Below, piece after piece: positions 47,075 to 57,772 of a DNA stretch of 64,000 nucleotides (the first letter of the stretch is position 1; every line of letters starts with the position of its first letter). Below the pieces are notes generated by a model, which ran no database searches, had not been told where the DNA came from, and saw only the letters and a list, made by a program, of their open reading frames with translations. Source of the DNA: Limisphaerales bacterium (lineage in GTDB: Bacteria > Verrucomicrobiota > Verrucomicrobiia > Limisphaerales > JBGAJN01); the NCBI GenBank assembly GCA_044224905.1, contig JBGAJN010000001.1, positions 1,159,027 through 1,223,026 on the forward strand. The letters are read 5' to 3'. The position numbers and the translations under genes were made by a program.

Positions 47075-49375
47075 ATGACCGAGCCAGCCATCACTCCTGA
47101 ACTCATCCAGAAACACGGCCTCACTCCGGATGAATACGCCCACGTTAAACAAATCCTCGGGCGCGAACCGAGCTACACGGAGCTCGGCATCTTCTCGGTG
47201 ATGTGGTCGGAGCACTGCTCCTACAAAAACACGCGTCCGCTGCTGAAGACCTTCCCGACCAAGTCGCCGAAGATCCTCGTCGGCGCGGGCGAAGAGAACG
47301 CCGGCATCATCGACATCGGCGACGGACTGGCCATCGCGTTCAAGATCGAATCCCACAACCACCCCAGCGCCGTGGAACCGTTCCAAGGCGCAGCCACCGG
47401 CGTGGGCGGCATCGTGCGCGACATTTTCACGATGGGTGCGCGACCGGTGTGCGCGATCAACTCGCTGCGGTTCGGTGAACTTTCCAATCCCGAAGTCCGC
47501 CGGCTTTTCTCCGGTGTGGTGAACGGCATCGCGCATTACGGCAATTGCTTCGGCATTCCGACCATCGCGGGCGAAGTTTACTTCGACAAAACCTACGAGG
47601 GTAATCCGCTTGTGAACGCGTTCTGTCTCGGCGTGCTGCGTCACGACCAGATCGCGCGCGGCGCAGCCAAAGGCATCGGCAACCCCGTCTTCTATGTCGG
47701 CCCCGCCACGGGTCGCGACGGTCTCGCCGGTGCGGCCTTCGCGTCGCAGGACTTAACGGAGGAATCCTCCGAGCAACAGCGCGGCGCCGTACAGGTCGGC
47801 GATCCGTTCATGGAAAAGCTCGTCTGCGAAGCGTGCCTCGAACTCCTCGCCACCGACGCTGTGGCCGGCATTCAAGACATGGGCGCCGCCGGTCTCACGT
47901 GCTCGACGTGTGAAACCGCCGCGCGCGCCGGTACCGGCATCGAGATCGAACTCGACAAGGTTCCGCAACGCGCGCCGAACATGACCAGCTACGAGATCAT
48001 GCTCAGCGAATCGCAGGAGCGCATGTTGATCATCGTAAAGAAGGGCCGCGAAGCCGAAGTGAAGCGCATTTTCGACAAGTGGGATTTGCCATGGGCGGAG
48101 GTCGGCTTCGTCACCGACACCGGTCACATGATCGTGCGCCATCACGGAAAAATCGTCGCCGACATTCCGGCGAAGAAGCTCGCCGACGAAGCGCCGGTGT
48201 ACCACCGCGAATCGCAGGAGCCGGAGTATTTGAAAGCCGTGCGCGCGTTCCGCCTCGACGCGATTTCCGATTGCAAGTCGCCCGTCGCCGATCTCTTGAA
48301 GCTCCTCGCGTGGCCGAGCATCGCCTCGAAGAACTGGGTCTATCGCCAGTATGACCACATGGTCCGCGATGGTTCCATCGTGTGCCCGGGCAGCGACGCC
48401 GCGGTCATTCGCATCAAGGGCGATTCGTTGCCCGAGTCTTCCAACGGCAAATCGATGCCGGAAAAATTCGTCGCCATGACGGTCGATTGTAACGGCGTCT
48501 ACGTTTACCTCGATCCGTATGAAGGCGGAAAAGCCGCCGTCACCGAGGCGTGCCGCAATCTCGCCTGCGCTGGCGCATCGCCGCTCGGAGCCACCGACAA
48601 CCTCAATTGCCCGAACCCGCACAAGCCGGAACTCTTCTGGCAGATCAAAGAATCCGTGCGCGGTTTGGCCGATGCGTGCCGTGCGTTTAACGCCCCGGTC
48701 ACCGGCGGCAATTGCTCGCTCTACAACCAAAGCCCCGCCGGTCCGATCGACCCGACGCCCACCGTAGCCGTCGTCGGCCTCGTGGAAAAGGTGGAGCACA
48801 TCACCACGCAATGGTTCAAAGACGAGGGCGACGTGATCCTGCTGCTTGGCGACATCGTTGATTCCAGCGATCCGATTCTCGGACTCGGTGGCAGCGCATA
48901 TCTGCAAGTGATTCACGGCAAGAAGACCGGCACCCCGCCGCGTTGCGAATTGCCAAAGATGAATCAGATCCACAACGCATTGCTCACCGTGATCCGCAAC
49001 GGCTGGGTGAAGAGCGCGCACGATTGCAGCGACGGCGGCCTCGCCGTTGCGCTCGCCGAGAGCTGCATCAGCCAGCAAATCGCCCGCGAAACTCCGCGCC
49101 TGATCGGCGCCAAGGTGGATTTGTCCGCCGCGAAAGGGTTGCGCCTCGACGCGCTGCTCTTCGGCGAAACCCAAGGACGCATTGTTCTCTCCGCCACTGC
49201 GGCGAACGCCGACAAAATCATTGCCGAAGCCGCCAAGCGAGGTGTCTCGGCCACGCGCATTGGTTCAGTTGGTGGCGACACGCTGCACATCAAGACTGCC
49301 ACGGGTGAATCCACGGCGAAGCTGACCAAACTGCACGACGCGTGGTGGAATAGCATCGCCCGCGCGATGGCGTAA
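47075..49375 (+). CDS. purL: Phosphoribosylformylglycinamidine synthase II (PurL)
   Basis: 766 aa with the [16 protein letters not shown] and ESHNHPS motifs. Confidence 0.93.
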   Translation: MTEPAITPELIQKHGLTPDEYAHVKQILGREPSYTELGIFSVMWSEHCSYKNTRPLLKTFPTKSPKILVGAGEENAGIIDIGDGLAIAFKIESHNHPSAVEPFQGAATGVGGIVRDIFTMGARPVCAINSLRFGELSNPEVRRLFSGVVNGIAHYGNCFGIPTIAGEVYFDKTYEGNPLVNAFCLGVLRHDQIARGAAKGIGNPVFYVGPATGRDGLAGAAFASQDLTEESSEQQRGAVQVGDPFMEKLVCEACLELLATDAVAGIQDMGAAGLTCSTCETAARAGTGIEIELDKVPQRAPNMTSYEIMLSESQERMLIIVKKGREAEVKRIFDKWDLPWAEVGFVTDTGHMIVRHHGKIVADIPAKKLADEAPVYHRESQEPEYLKAVRAFRLDAISDCKSPVADLLKLLAWPSIASKNWVYRQYDHMVRDGSIVCPGSDAAVIRIKGDSLPESSNGKSMPEKFVAMTVDCNGVYVYLDPYEGGKAAVTEACRNLACAGASPLGATDNLNCPNPHKPELFWQIKESVRGLADACRAFNAPVTGGNCSLYNQSPAGPIDPTPTVAVVGLVEKVEHITTQWFKDEGDVILLLGDIVDSSDPILGLGGSAYLQVIHGKKTGTPPRCELPKMNQIHNALLTVIRNGWVKSAHDCSDGGLAVALAESCISQQIARETPRLIGAKVDLSAAKGLRLDALLFGETQGRIVLSATAANADKIIAEAAKRGVSATRIGSVGGDTLHIKTATGESTAKLTKLHDAWWNSIARAMA

Positions 49376-49473
49376 GCTCCCGGAGTCATTCGAAACGCGG
49401 CTGCGAGATCGCTCGTAGCCAAGTAGATCCTTGAGGCGTCTCGATGGGTAAGCTAAACCCATTGCCGATCACT

Positions 49474-50763
49474 ATGAACACGCTTCAACGCCTCTGCCTT
49501 GCCCTTCTTTCACTGCTTCCGTTGACGCTTCACGCCGCCAACTGGCCTGCGTGGCGCGGACCGCTGGGGACAGGCATTTCCGAGGAGAACAATCTGCCTA
49601 CGAAATGGAGCAAGACCGAGAATGTGAAATGGCGCGTGGCCTTGCCCGAGCGCGGAAACTCCACGCCGATCATTTGGGGCGACCGCATTTTCCTCACGCA
49701 AGCTGTCGGCGAGCAGCGCACGCTCATGTGCTTCAACCGCGCCAACGGAAAGTTGCTCTGGCAAAAAGGCGTCGCCACGAAAGAAAAGGAGCCCACCCAC
49801 GCGACCAATCCCTATTGCTCCGCATCGCCGGTCACGGACGGCGAGAGGGTTATCGTGTCGTTCGCGTCGGATGGATTGTATTGCTACGACTTCAATGGAA
49901 AGGAACTTTGGCGCCGTGCCGATCTGGGCCGACAGATTCACATCTGGGGCAACGCCGCGTCGCCGGTGATTTACGGCGATCTCTGTTTCCTCAACTTCGG
50001 ACCCGGCGAAACCACGTACCTCCTCGCCGTGGACAAGAAAACTGGTCGCACGCTGTGGAAGAAAAACGAGGACTCCGGCTACAACAAGCCCGCGACGGCC
50101 GATGCGAAGGGCGCGAAGAAAGGCGGCGGCAACGCGACCTACGTCGGTTCGTGGACCACGCCCACGTTGATGAAAGTGGAAGGCAAGGATCAACTCTTGA
50201 TGAGCTGGCCGAAGCGTCTCGCCGCGTATGATCCCGCCAGCGGCAAGGAACTCTGGACGTGCTCCGGCTTGAATCCGTTGTGCTACACCTCGCCGATTTA
50301 CGAAAACGGCATCGTCGTCGCCATGGGCGGCTTTAGCGGCATGGCCATCGCCGTGCGCGCGGGCGGCAGTGGCGACGTGACCGAGTCGCGCCGCGTGTGG
50401 CATCACCCGCGCTCGCCGCAACGCATCGGCTCAGGCGTCATCAAGGACGGCCACATCTACATTCACAACGACCCCGGCACCGCGATGTGCATCGACCTCA
50501 AGACCGGCGAGAACGTGTGGACGGAACGCCTCAAAGGCGAAGGCAAGAGCGGCGTGAACTGGAGCAGCGTGATGCTCTCGGGAGACAACTGCTACTCGAT
50601 CACCCAGGGCGGCGACTGCTTTGTTTTCAAAGCCAGCCCGAAGTTCGAACTCGTCTCCGTGAATTCACTCGGTGAACCCAGCAACTCTTCAATCGTTCCG
50701 AGCAACGGCGAACTGTTCATCCGCACGCACGCGGCACTTTGGTGCATTACTGCGAAGAAGTAA
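49474..50763 (+). CDS. PQQ-like beta-propeller repeat protein (BamB-like fold), secreted
   Basis: 429 aa from the ATG at 49474 with a signal peptide. ANWPAWRGP...W repeats are typical of this family. Confidence 0.75.
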   Translation: MNTLQRLCLALLSLLPLTLHAANWPAWRGPLGTGISEENNLPTKWSKTENVKWRVALPERGNSTPIIWGDRIFLTQAVGEQRTLMCFNRANGKLLWQKGVATKEKEPTHATNPYCSASPVTDGERVIVSFASDGLYCYDFNGKELWRRADLGRQIHIWGNAASPVIYGDLCFLNFGPGETTYLLAVDKKTGRTLWKKNEDSGYNKPATADAKGAKKGGGNATYVGSWTTPTLMKVEGKDQLLMSWPKRLAAYDPASGKELWTCSGLNPLCYTSPIYENGIVVAMGGFSGMAIAVRAGGSGDVTESRRVWHHPRSPQRIGSGVIKDGHIYIHNDPGTAMCIDLKTGENVWTERLKGEGKSGVNWSSVMLSGDNCYSITQGGDCFVFKASPKFELVSVNSLGEPSNSSIVPSNGELFIRTHAALWCITAKK

Positions 50764-51606
50764 TTACGCCGGAGAACCGCTCTGCTTGTTCCACATCTTC
50801 TCCCAAGCATCACCTCGCGCCGGACGCGCCGGTAACTCGACGTCCACGTAGAGCACCTTTTCCGCATCGACGCCATACGGTCCCGTCAAGACGGGTTGGC
50901 CGTCCGGTCCGACAACGAGCGAGCAGCCGATGCATTTGCGACCTTGCCACGCGCCATCCGTGATCCAGCCAACATTGCTGACTCCGACAATCCACAGGCG
51001 GTAGTCGCGGGCGACCGGCCCATAGTTGTCGCGCCAGAGTTGGCCGTACGGCTCCTTCGTGTTGTCGTGATCCGCCGGCATCGCCCACGCGCACGGAGAC
51101 AAAATAACATCCGCGCCCATCAAGCCGAGCGTGCGGCTCACGACCTGTCCGCGCGCGAACGCATCGGCGCATATCATCAGACCGAAGGTGCCCAACGGTG
51201 TGTGCGCCACGGCAAGTCGATCGCCCTGCGCGTAGAGATCATGAACGATATCGAGTTCGTTTAGTTTCCGATGGTGGAGCAATACTTCGCCTCGAGGACT
51301 GATAAAGACGGCGGAGTTGAAAAGTTGCTGACCGGAACGTTCCACGATGCCGGCGCAGACGTAAATGCGATTCGTCCGAGCCGCATCGCGGAGCCGTCTG
51401 CACGCTTCACCGTCGGGAATTTCGTCCGCGAGGGTGAGAGCAGAACTGTGTCCCCAACCCACGTCCAGAGCCTCCGGCAGAAGGGCGACCGAAGCACCGG
51501 CGCGAGCGGCTTGGTTTATGAAATTCTCCGCGCGCTGAAGGTTCTCGTCCTTGTGCCCGCCGCTCACGAGCATCTGAATGAGTGCCAGTTTGAACACGGC
51601 GAACAT
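50764..51606 (-). CDS. Carbon-nitrogen hydrolase (nitrilase superfamily) protein
   Basis: 280 aa from the ATG at 51606. The E (LLPEA), K (HHRKLN) and C (MICADAF) catalytic triad contexts are present. Confidence 0.8.
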   Translation of the reverse strand: MFAVFKLALIQMLVSGGHKDENLQRAENFINQAARAGASVALLPEALDVGWGHSSALTLADEIPDGEACRRLRDAARTNRIYVCAGIVERSGQQLFNSAVFISPRGEVLLHHRKLNELDIVHDLYAQGDRLAVAHTPLGTFGLMICADAFARGQVVSRTLGLMGADVILSPCAWAMPADHDNTKEPYGQLWRDNYGPVARDYRLWIVGVSNVGWITDGAWQGRKCIGCSLVVGPDGQPVLTGPYGVDAEKVLYVDVELPARPARGDAWEKMWNKQSGSPA

Positions 51607-51656
51607 TAGCCCCAGAACCGCCCCGCGATGCCAAGAAATTTCCGCCGAACTAGCCG

Positions 51657-53117
51657 TTACCAAACACCGCCGAGCGCCTTGACCAGTGACACGCTGGCGT
51701 TGAGGCGCGCCGCTTTGAGCCGCACGGTGACGCGCTCGTGTTCCAACGCGGCGCTCTGCGCGGTGGCGACTTCGAGGTAGGTGATGAGTCCAGCTTTGTA
51801 GCGGTTGTTGGCGATCTCCAACGTTCGCTGTGTAGCAGTGAGCGCGGCCAACTCCGCTTCCAATTGCGCAGAGATCAATCGCTGCGCGGCGAGTTGATCT
51901 TCGACTTCTTGAAACGCGTTCAATGCGGTCTGGCGATACGCGGCCACCGTCGCATCGTAACCGGCGCGCGCTGCGGCAAGTTGCGCGCGATTGCGCCCGC
52001 CCGTGAACAACGGAACTTCGAGCGTCGGCCCAACCGCCCAGAAACGGCTTGGCCAGTTGAAGAGCGTGCCCGCATCGATCGATTGCAAACCGGCCAATCC
52101 GCCGAAACGCAGCGTGGGATAAAATGCAGTTTGCGCGACGCCGACGCTTGCATTCGCCGCAGCCATGCGTCGTTCGGCTGCCGCAATGTCGGGGCGGCGT
52201 TCGAGCAATTCACTTGGCAACGAGGCGGGCACATCGAGCGTCTTTGGCAGATCAGATTTGTCGGCGAGTTCGAATGTGCTGGCGGATTGTCCGCAAAGTG
52301 TCGCGAGCGCGTGCCGGACCTTGGTGCGATCGAGATCGACCGAAGGCAATTGCGCTTCTGCCGATTTGAGCTGCGTCTCCGCTTGTGCCACATCGAGATC
52401 GCCGGCAATTCCACCCGCGCGGCGATTGCGCGTCAGTTCCAGCGAGCGGCGATAGGTCTCGACGGTTTGCCGCAGCAACGCGTGTTCGGCGTTAAGCGCA
52501 TGGAGCGCGAAGTAATCCACGATGACCTCGACTTCGACGGCGAGCTTGAGCGATTCGAGATCATCGGCGGTGGCCGCAAGTTGCGCGCGCGCGCCTTCGA
52601 CCTGTTGCCGCACACGACCCCACAAGTCTGCCTCCCAGCCCGCATCGAACGGGATTTTGAAATCGTTGAAGTTGTGGCCGACTCCGGCGGCGCGCCCATT
52701 TTCCGGTTGATTCGCGCTGGTGCGTTGGCGGGTGTAGCTCGGCGCGGCGCTGAGCTGCGGAAAGAAATCCGCGCGGGCGACATTGACCAGAGCGCGTGCC
52801 TGAGCGAAGCGCGCGCTCGCGGCCGCGAGGTCCTGATTGCTGTTCGTCGCGAGCGCGACGAGACGGTTCAACTCGGCGTCGGCCAGAATCTCCCACCACG
52901 CTCCGCGCGGAAGGTGGGCTGAAGGTTCGGCGGCCTTCCATTGGCCTGCGTTGGTCGCACCGGCAAAGGCGGGCGGAAGTGAATTGGTTCCGAGCGCGGC
53001 CGGGCGCTGATACTTCGGGCCAACCGCGCAGCCGCTGTTTAATGCGGCGGCGAGAACCAACATTGCTGAAGAGGCGATCGTTGATTGAGCCACGAAGCGC
53101 CGAAACGATTTCTTCAT
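51657..53117 (-). CDS. RND efflux outer-membrane lipoprotein (NodT/OMF family)
   Basis: 486 aa with lipobox LNSGC and two TolC-like repeats. Confidence 0.88.
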   Translation of the reverse strand: MKKSFRRFVAQSTIASSAMLVLAAALNSGCAVGPKYQRPAALGTNSLPPAFAGATNAGQWKAAEPSAHLPRGAWWEILADAELNRLVALATNSNQDLAAASARFAQARALVNVARADFFPQLSAAPSYTRQRTSANQPENGRAAGVGHNFNDFKIPFDAGWEADLWGRVRQQVEGARAQLAATADDLESLKLAVEVEVIVDYFALHALNAEHALLRQTVETYRRSLELTRNRRAGGIAGDLDVAQAETQLKSAEAQLPSVDLDRTKVRHALATLCGQSASTFELADKSDLPKTLDVPASLPSELLERRPDIAAAERRMAAANASVGVAQTAFYPTLRFGGLAGLQSIDAGTLFNWPSRFWAVGPTLEVPLFTGGRNRAQLAAARAGYDATVAAYRQTALNAFQEVEDQLAAQRLISAQLEAELAALTATQRTLEIANNRYKAGLITYLEVATAQSAALEHERVTVRLKAARLNASVSLVKALGGVW

Positions 53118-54340
53118 TTCGTCTCCACGGGCTTGGCTGGTTCGGCCACGCGCACGGTCGCGCCGTTCACAAGCGAGTCGGCAGGGTTGAGGATGACGCG
53201 TTCACCGAGGCTGATGCCGGAATGAATCTCGATGGTTGGTCCGAAATCGCGGCCCAACTTCACGATTCGCAGTTCCACGGTTCCATCCGCCCGGACGACG
53301 CCGACCTGTGGACCTTCAGCGTGGAAAAGCAGCGTGTTCGATGGCAGCACCAGCGCGGCATCCGGATGCTCGTCTTTCATGCGGACCTGAGCATAGCCGC
53401 CGGCGAGAATCTCGCCCTTCGAGTTGTCGAGCGCGAGTTCGACGAGCAGCGTGCGTGAATCCGTGCTGACGACGCCGGAGTTGCGGACGACCTTCGCAGT
53501 GAACACGCGACCGGGAATTTCGGGAAACGTCAGTTCAGCAGTCTGGCCGGCGCTGACGCCGCGCGCGGAGGTTTGCGGCACGCGAACGAAAACACGCAGA
53601 GTGTCGGTTTGTGCGAGGTGAAAAATCTCGCGGGCACTGCCGGCAGTAATGAGTTCGCCGACATCCATGCGGCGCATCGTAATCGTGCCGGCGAACGGCG
53701 CCGTGACGCGAGCGAACGATTGCATTTCTTCGAGGCGGCGCACATTGGCGCGCGCGGCTTCGACGGTGGCCGCCTTGAGCGCGAGGTCTGATTTCTTCTC
53801 GGCCGCTTCTTGTTCGCTGACGCTGGCGGTCTTGAGCAACTCGGCCCAGCGCGACGCGGTGATTTTCGCGAGGTCGAGAGCGGCCTCAGCTTGCGCAAGT
53901 TGCGCGCGGCCCTGCGCGAGTTCCTGAGTGATCTCGGGCGTGTCGATTTCGGCGAGCAGTTGTCCGGCTTCAACTTTGGAGCCGATGTCCACGAGCCAGC
54001 GCTTCAGGTAGCCGCTGGCGCGCGCATAGATCGGCGACTCGACGAAGGGCTTCACTTCAGCGGGCAGCGTCAGGCCATCGGATGCTTTGCCTGCCATCGG
54101 CGAAACAACGGTCACGGTCGGGATGGAGAGTTCGCGTGTATCGGCGACCAAAATTCCGCGCTGCTTCCAGCGCGGGAGATATCCGGCGACGAGGCCAACG
54201 ACGATCAGCACGAGCACCACAATGATCCACACGCGGAACCGCGGCGGTTTTCCGGCCGCGAGATCTTTCGGCGGATCAAGGCGTGGCGCCGTAGTCGGGT
54301 TGTCCATAAGTTCAGTGCCGGTGCGAGGATGAGCATTCAT
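53114..54340 (-). CDS. RND efflux periplasmic adaptor (MFP) subunit
   Basis: 408 aa with an N-terminal TM, a coiled-coil hairpin, and lipoyl and beta-barrel motifs. Confidence 0.88.
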   Translation of the reverse strand: MNAHPRTGTELMDNPTTAPRLDPPKDLAAGKPPRFRVWIIVVLVLIVVGLVAGYLPRWKQRGILVADTRELSIPTVTVVSPMAGKASDGLTLPAEVKPFVESPIYARASGYLKRWLVDIGSKVEAGQLLAEIDTPEITQELAQGRAQLAQAEAALDLAKITASRWAELLKTASVSEQEAAEKKSDLALKAATVEAARANVRRLEEMQSFARVTAPFAGTITMRRMDVGELITAGSAREIFHLAQTDTLRVFVRVPQTSARGVSAGQTAELTFPEIPGRVFTAKVVRNSGVVSTDSRTLLVELALDNSKGEILAGGYAQVRMKDEHPDAALVLPSNTLLFHAEGPQVGVVRADGTVELRIVKLGRDFGPTIEIHSGISLGERVILNPADSLVNGATVRVAEPAKPVETK

Positions 54341-54352
54341 GGTGGGGCAAAA

Positions 54353-57300
54353 TCAAGCAATGGTGGAAACGGCTTCAACGTCGCTTTGATCGTCGGCGGG
54401 CGACGTCGCGGGAACGCGGCGATGCATCAAGCTGAAAACCACGGGAACAAAGAAGAGCGTGGCGATGGTGGCGAGAATGAGTCCGCCGATGACGGCGCGA
54501 CCAAGCGGCGCGTTTTGTTCGCCGCCTTCGCCGAGCCCGAGGCTCAACGGCAACATACCAATGATCATCGCCAGTGCGGTCATGATCACGGGGCGCAGGC
54601 GGCTCGTTCCAGCTGTCCACGCAGCAGTCAACGGATCGATTCCTTCCTTCAAATTCGAACGCGCGAAGGAGACAACGAGCACCGAGTTCGCCGTGGCCAC
54701 GCCAAGACTCATGATCGCGCCCATCAACGCAGGCACGCTCAACGTCGTTAGAGTCAGGTAAAGCGCCCACACCACGCCAGCGAGCGCACCGGGCAATGCC
54801 GTGATGATGATGAAGGGGTCTAGCCAGGTTTGGAAATTCACGACGAGCAGCAGGTAGATCAGCGCAATGGCCATGACGAGACCGATTCCGAGGCCGATGT
54901 AACTGGAACGCATCGTCTCGGCTTGGCCACGCATCACAATGTAACTGCCGCGCGGAAGTTCTTTCTCAGCTTGCTTCACCAGCGGTTCGATGTCGTGCAG
55001 CACGCCGCCGAGATCGCGTCCACCAACGCCCGCGTAAACGTCGATCACAGGTTGCACGTTGTAATGCGAGACCACCGGCGAGCCGTTGGTGCGCGTGAAC
55101 GTCGCAAGGTTGGCGAGCAATTGTCCGTCGCCTTGGCCTGCTTTGCCGGCACTCACGGGAATTTCATTCAACGCGGACAGAGAATTCATTGCGTGCTCCG
55201 GCACGCGGATGTTCATCAAATATTGGATGCCGTATTTGGGATTAAGCCAATAGCCGGGCTGCACTTGGCCGCTACCGCTCAAGCTCAGCAGCACCGAATT
55301 CGCCACGTCTTTCTCCGAGAGGCCGAGTTCCGCTGCTTTGTCGCGATCGATGGTGAACTTCAGCTTCGGAAGGTCGGCGGGCTGTTGCACGCGCACATCC
55401 ACGCAACCGGGAATCGTTCGCAACTTGTCCGCAAGGCGCGCGGCGATCTCACGATTCTTAGCGAGGTCACGCCCAACGAACTGCACGTTAAACGGCGCGG
55501 GCAAACCGAGGTTGAGCGTCTGGCTCACGATGTCGGCGGGCAGGAAATAAAACATCGTGCCGGTGAACTCGCGGTTGAGGCGCATCCGCAAACGCCGCAC
55601 GTAATCTGGCGTCGGACGATGGCCCGGTTTGAGGCTGATAAGAATATCGGCGTCGCCGGTTCCAATGAGGCCGCTGTTGCTGTAACTCAACGCGATACCG
55701 GAGGTAGGGATGCCGATGTTATCGAGAATGCCGGCCAGTTCGCCCGCCGGAATCTCATCGCGAATCGCCTTCTCCACCTGGTCAACGAGCTTCGCGGTTT
55801 CCTCAATCCTCGTGCCGCTGCGAGCGCGCAAGTGAAGCCGCATTTGTCCCGCGTCCACCGCCGGGAAAAAATCCTGACCGAGCTGCGGCAAGAGGAGCGC
55901 GGTTCCGATGCAGAACGCGAGAAACAATATGGCAAACGCGCCGCGATGTTGCAGCACACCGCCCAGCAAATTCCGGTAACCCGCGCGAAACTTCGCGAAG
56001 CCGCGCTCGAAGCTGGATTGAATCGCTTTGAACGGCGCGAAAAGCCGCGGCAGCAGGCCGACTTCGCGTTTGCGCACCATCGTGCCGCCCGTGGTCCACG
56101 TGTCCTCGCCGTTGTGCTCGACGTGACCGCGATGTTGCACGTTGCGGTAAAAATACATCACGAGCGTCGGGATCAACGTCCGTGAGAGCACGTAGCTCGC
56201 GAGCATCGCGAACACGACCGCTTCTGCGAGCGGCACGAAAAGGTAACGTGCCACGCCAGTGAGGAAAAACATCGGAACGAACACGATGCAAATGCACAAT
56301 GTCGACACAAAGGCGGGCAGAGCGATTTCCTGCGCGCCGTCGAGGATCGCTTGCGTGAGCGGCTTTCCGGTGGCCATCTGCCGGTGGACGTTTTCAATTT
56401 CCACTGTCGCATCGTCGACGAGAATCCCGACCGCGAGCGAGAGTCCGCCGAGCGTCATCAAGTTGATCGTTTCACCGAGCGCGCTGAGAATCGCGAGCGA
56501 ACTCAGCACGGAGAGCGGGATCGAAAGCGCTATTATCACCGTGCTGCGCCACGAACCGATGAAGAGCAAAATCATCACCGCCGTCAGTGCGGCGGCGATC
56601 ACGCCTTCCTTTATCACGCCGTCGATGGCGGCCTTTACGAAGAGGGATTGATCGGCAAACTCTCGCACGTCCATCTCCGGAGGAAGACTGCGCATCACTC
56701 GGGGCATAGCGGCTTTCACGCGGTTCACCACGTCGAGCGTCGAGGCAGAGCCGCTTTTCAAAATCGTGAGCAACGCGCCGCGCACACCGTCCTGACGAAC
56801 GACATTTTGCTGGGGTTGGTAGCCGTCGCGCACTTGGGCGACGTCGCGAACGCGGATCGTAGCGCCGTTGATGTTTTTGATCGGGAGATCGTTTAACTCA
56901 TCGAGCACCTTCGGGCTGGTGTTGAGTTCCACGTCGTATTCGGTCGCGCCAATCTTGGCCGTGCCGCTGGGGAAGACGAGGTTCTGCGCGTTGATTGCAT
57001 CGACGACATCTTGCGCCCTGAGATTCTTCGCCTTGAGTGCATTCAAGTCGAGGTCGACCGATACGAGCCGTGTCTTTCCGCCGTAAGGCCACGGCACGGA
57101 AGCGCCGAGAACGGTGGAGAGTCCGACGCGCACGGCGTTCTGGCTGAGATCGTAGAGCTCCTGCTCGGACATCGACTTGCTGCCAATGCTGTATTGGAGA
57201 ATCGGCACCACCGAAGCGTTGTAACGAATGATCAACGGCGGTTGCTGGCCAGGCGGGAGCAGCCGCAAGATGGTTTGCGAAATCGCCGTCAGCTGTGCCA

Positions 57301-57616
57301 CGCCGCCGTCCACCGAAGCGTTCGGTTGGAGAAACACCTTAATGACGCCAACTCCGTTGAACGCGCTCGACTCGATGTGTTCGATGTCGTTCACCGTGGC
57401 GCTGAGCGAGCGTTCGTGCGCGTAGATGATGCGTTGTTCGACTTCCTGCGCATCGAGACCGGCGTATTGCCAGATGATGCTGATCACCGGGATGTTGATC
57501 GCGGGAAAAATATCCGTCGGTGTGCGCAGCAGCACGAACGGCGTGAGCAGCAACAACACGAGCGCCGCCACCACGAAGGTGTACGGGCGGCGGAGGGCGA
57601 GGCGGACAATCCACAT
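54353..57616 (-). CDS. RND efflux transporter permease subunit
   Basis: 1087 aa from the ATG at 57616 (MWIVRLALRRPYTF...) with 12-TM AcrB-type architecture. The upstream 139 codons in the ORF track are discarded. Confidence 0.9.
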   Translation of the reverse strand: MWIVRLALRRPYTFVVAALVLLLLTPFVLLRTPTDIFPAINIPVISIIWQYAGLDAQEVEQRIIYAHERSLSATVNDIEHIESSAFNGVGVIKVFLQPNASVDGGVAQLTAISQTILRLLPPGQQPPLIIRYNASVVPILQYSIGSKSMSEQELYDLSQNAVRVGLSTVLGASVPWPYGGKTRLVSVDLDLNALKAKNLRAQDVVDAINAQNLVFPSGTAKIGATEYDVELNTSPKVLDELNDLPIKNINGATIRVRDVAQVRDGYQPQQNVVRQDGVRGALLTILKSGSASTLDVVNRVKAAMPRVMRSLPPEMDVREFADQSLFVKAAIDGVIKEGVIAAALTAVMILLFIGSWRSTVIIALSIPLSVLSSLAILSALGETINLMTLGGLSLAVGILVDDATVEIENVHRQMATGKPLTQAILDGAQEIALPAFVSTLCICIVFVPMFFLTGVARYLFVPLAEAVVFAMLASYVLSRTLIPTLVMYFYRNVQHRGHVEHNGEDTWTTGGTMVRKREVGLLPRLFAPFKAIQSSFERGFAKFRAGYRNLLGGVLQHRGAFAILFLAFCIGTALLLPQLGQDFFPAVDAGQMRLHLRARSGTRIEETAKLVDQVEKAIRDEIPAGELAGILDNIGIPTSGIALSYSNSGLIGTGDADILISLKPGHRPTPDYVRRLRMRLNREFTGTMFYFLPADIVSQTLNLGLPAPFNVQFVGRDLAKNREIAARLADKLRTIPGCVDVRVQQPADLPKLKFTIDRDKAAELGLSEKDVANSVLLSLSGSGQVQPGYWLNPKYGIQYLMNIRVPEHAMNSLSALNEIPVSAGKAGQGDGQLLANLATFTRTNGSPVVSHYNVQPVIDVYAGVGGRDLGGVLHDIEPLVKQAEKELPRGSYIVMRGQAETMRSSYIGLGIGLVMAIALIYLLLVVNFQTWLDPFIIITALPGALAGVVWALYLTLTTLSVPALMGAIMSLGVATANSVLVVSFARSNLKEGIDPLTAAWTAGTSRLRPVIMTALAMIIGMLPLSLGLGEGGEQNAPLGRAVIGGLILATIATLFFVPVVFSLMHRRVPATSPADDQSDVEAVSTIA

Positions 57617-57746
57617 GGCGCGGTGTTGTTTCGTTGTTTGATGCTGCGCAGCTCGATGGAAACTTTTTCCAGCGAACCACGCCTTGCGTTCAGTGCTAAA
57701 GTAGACGCGGCAAGGGAGTATGTGCCCAATACAAGTTTGCGTCGCT

Positions 57747-57769
57747 ATTGATACGCAATTACTATCAAT
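57747..57769. promoter_or_regulatory. Perfect dyad ATTGATA-N9-TATCAAT containing a T-N11-A core, a candidate LysR-type binding site
   Basis: Read directly. It lies in the divergent region between the RND operon and the LysR gene and ends 4 nt before the GTG start. Confidence 0.55.
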
Positions 57770-57772
57770 GCC

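Noticed and set aside
47753-49174. 473-aa minus-strand ORF inside purL
   Set aside because: It is antisense to a textbook PurL sequence. It is a shadow ORF produced by GC3 bias.
54830-56185. 451-aa plus-strand ORF inside the RND permease gene; similarly 5925-7016 opposite DUF1501
   Set aside because: These are shadow ORFs antisense to strongly supported genes. No motifs were recognised.
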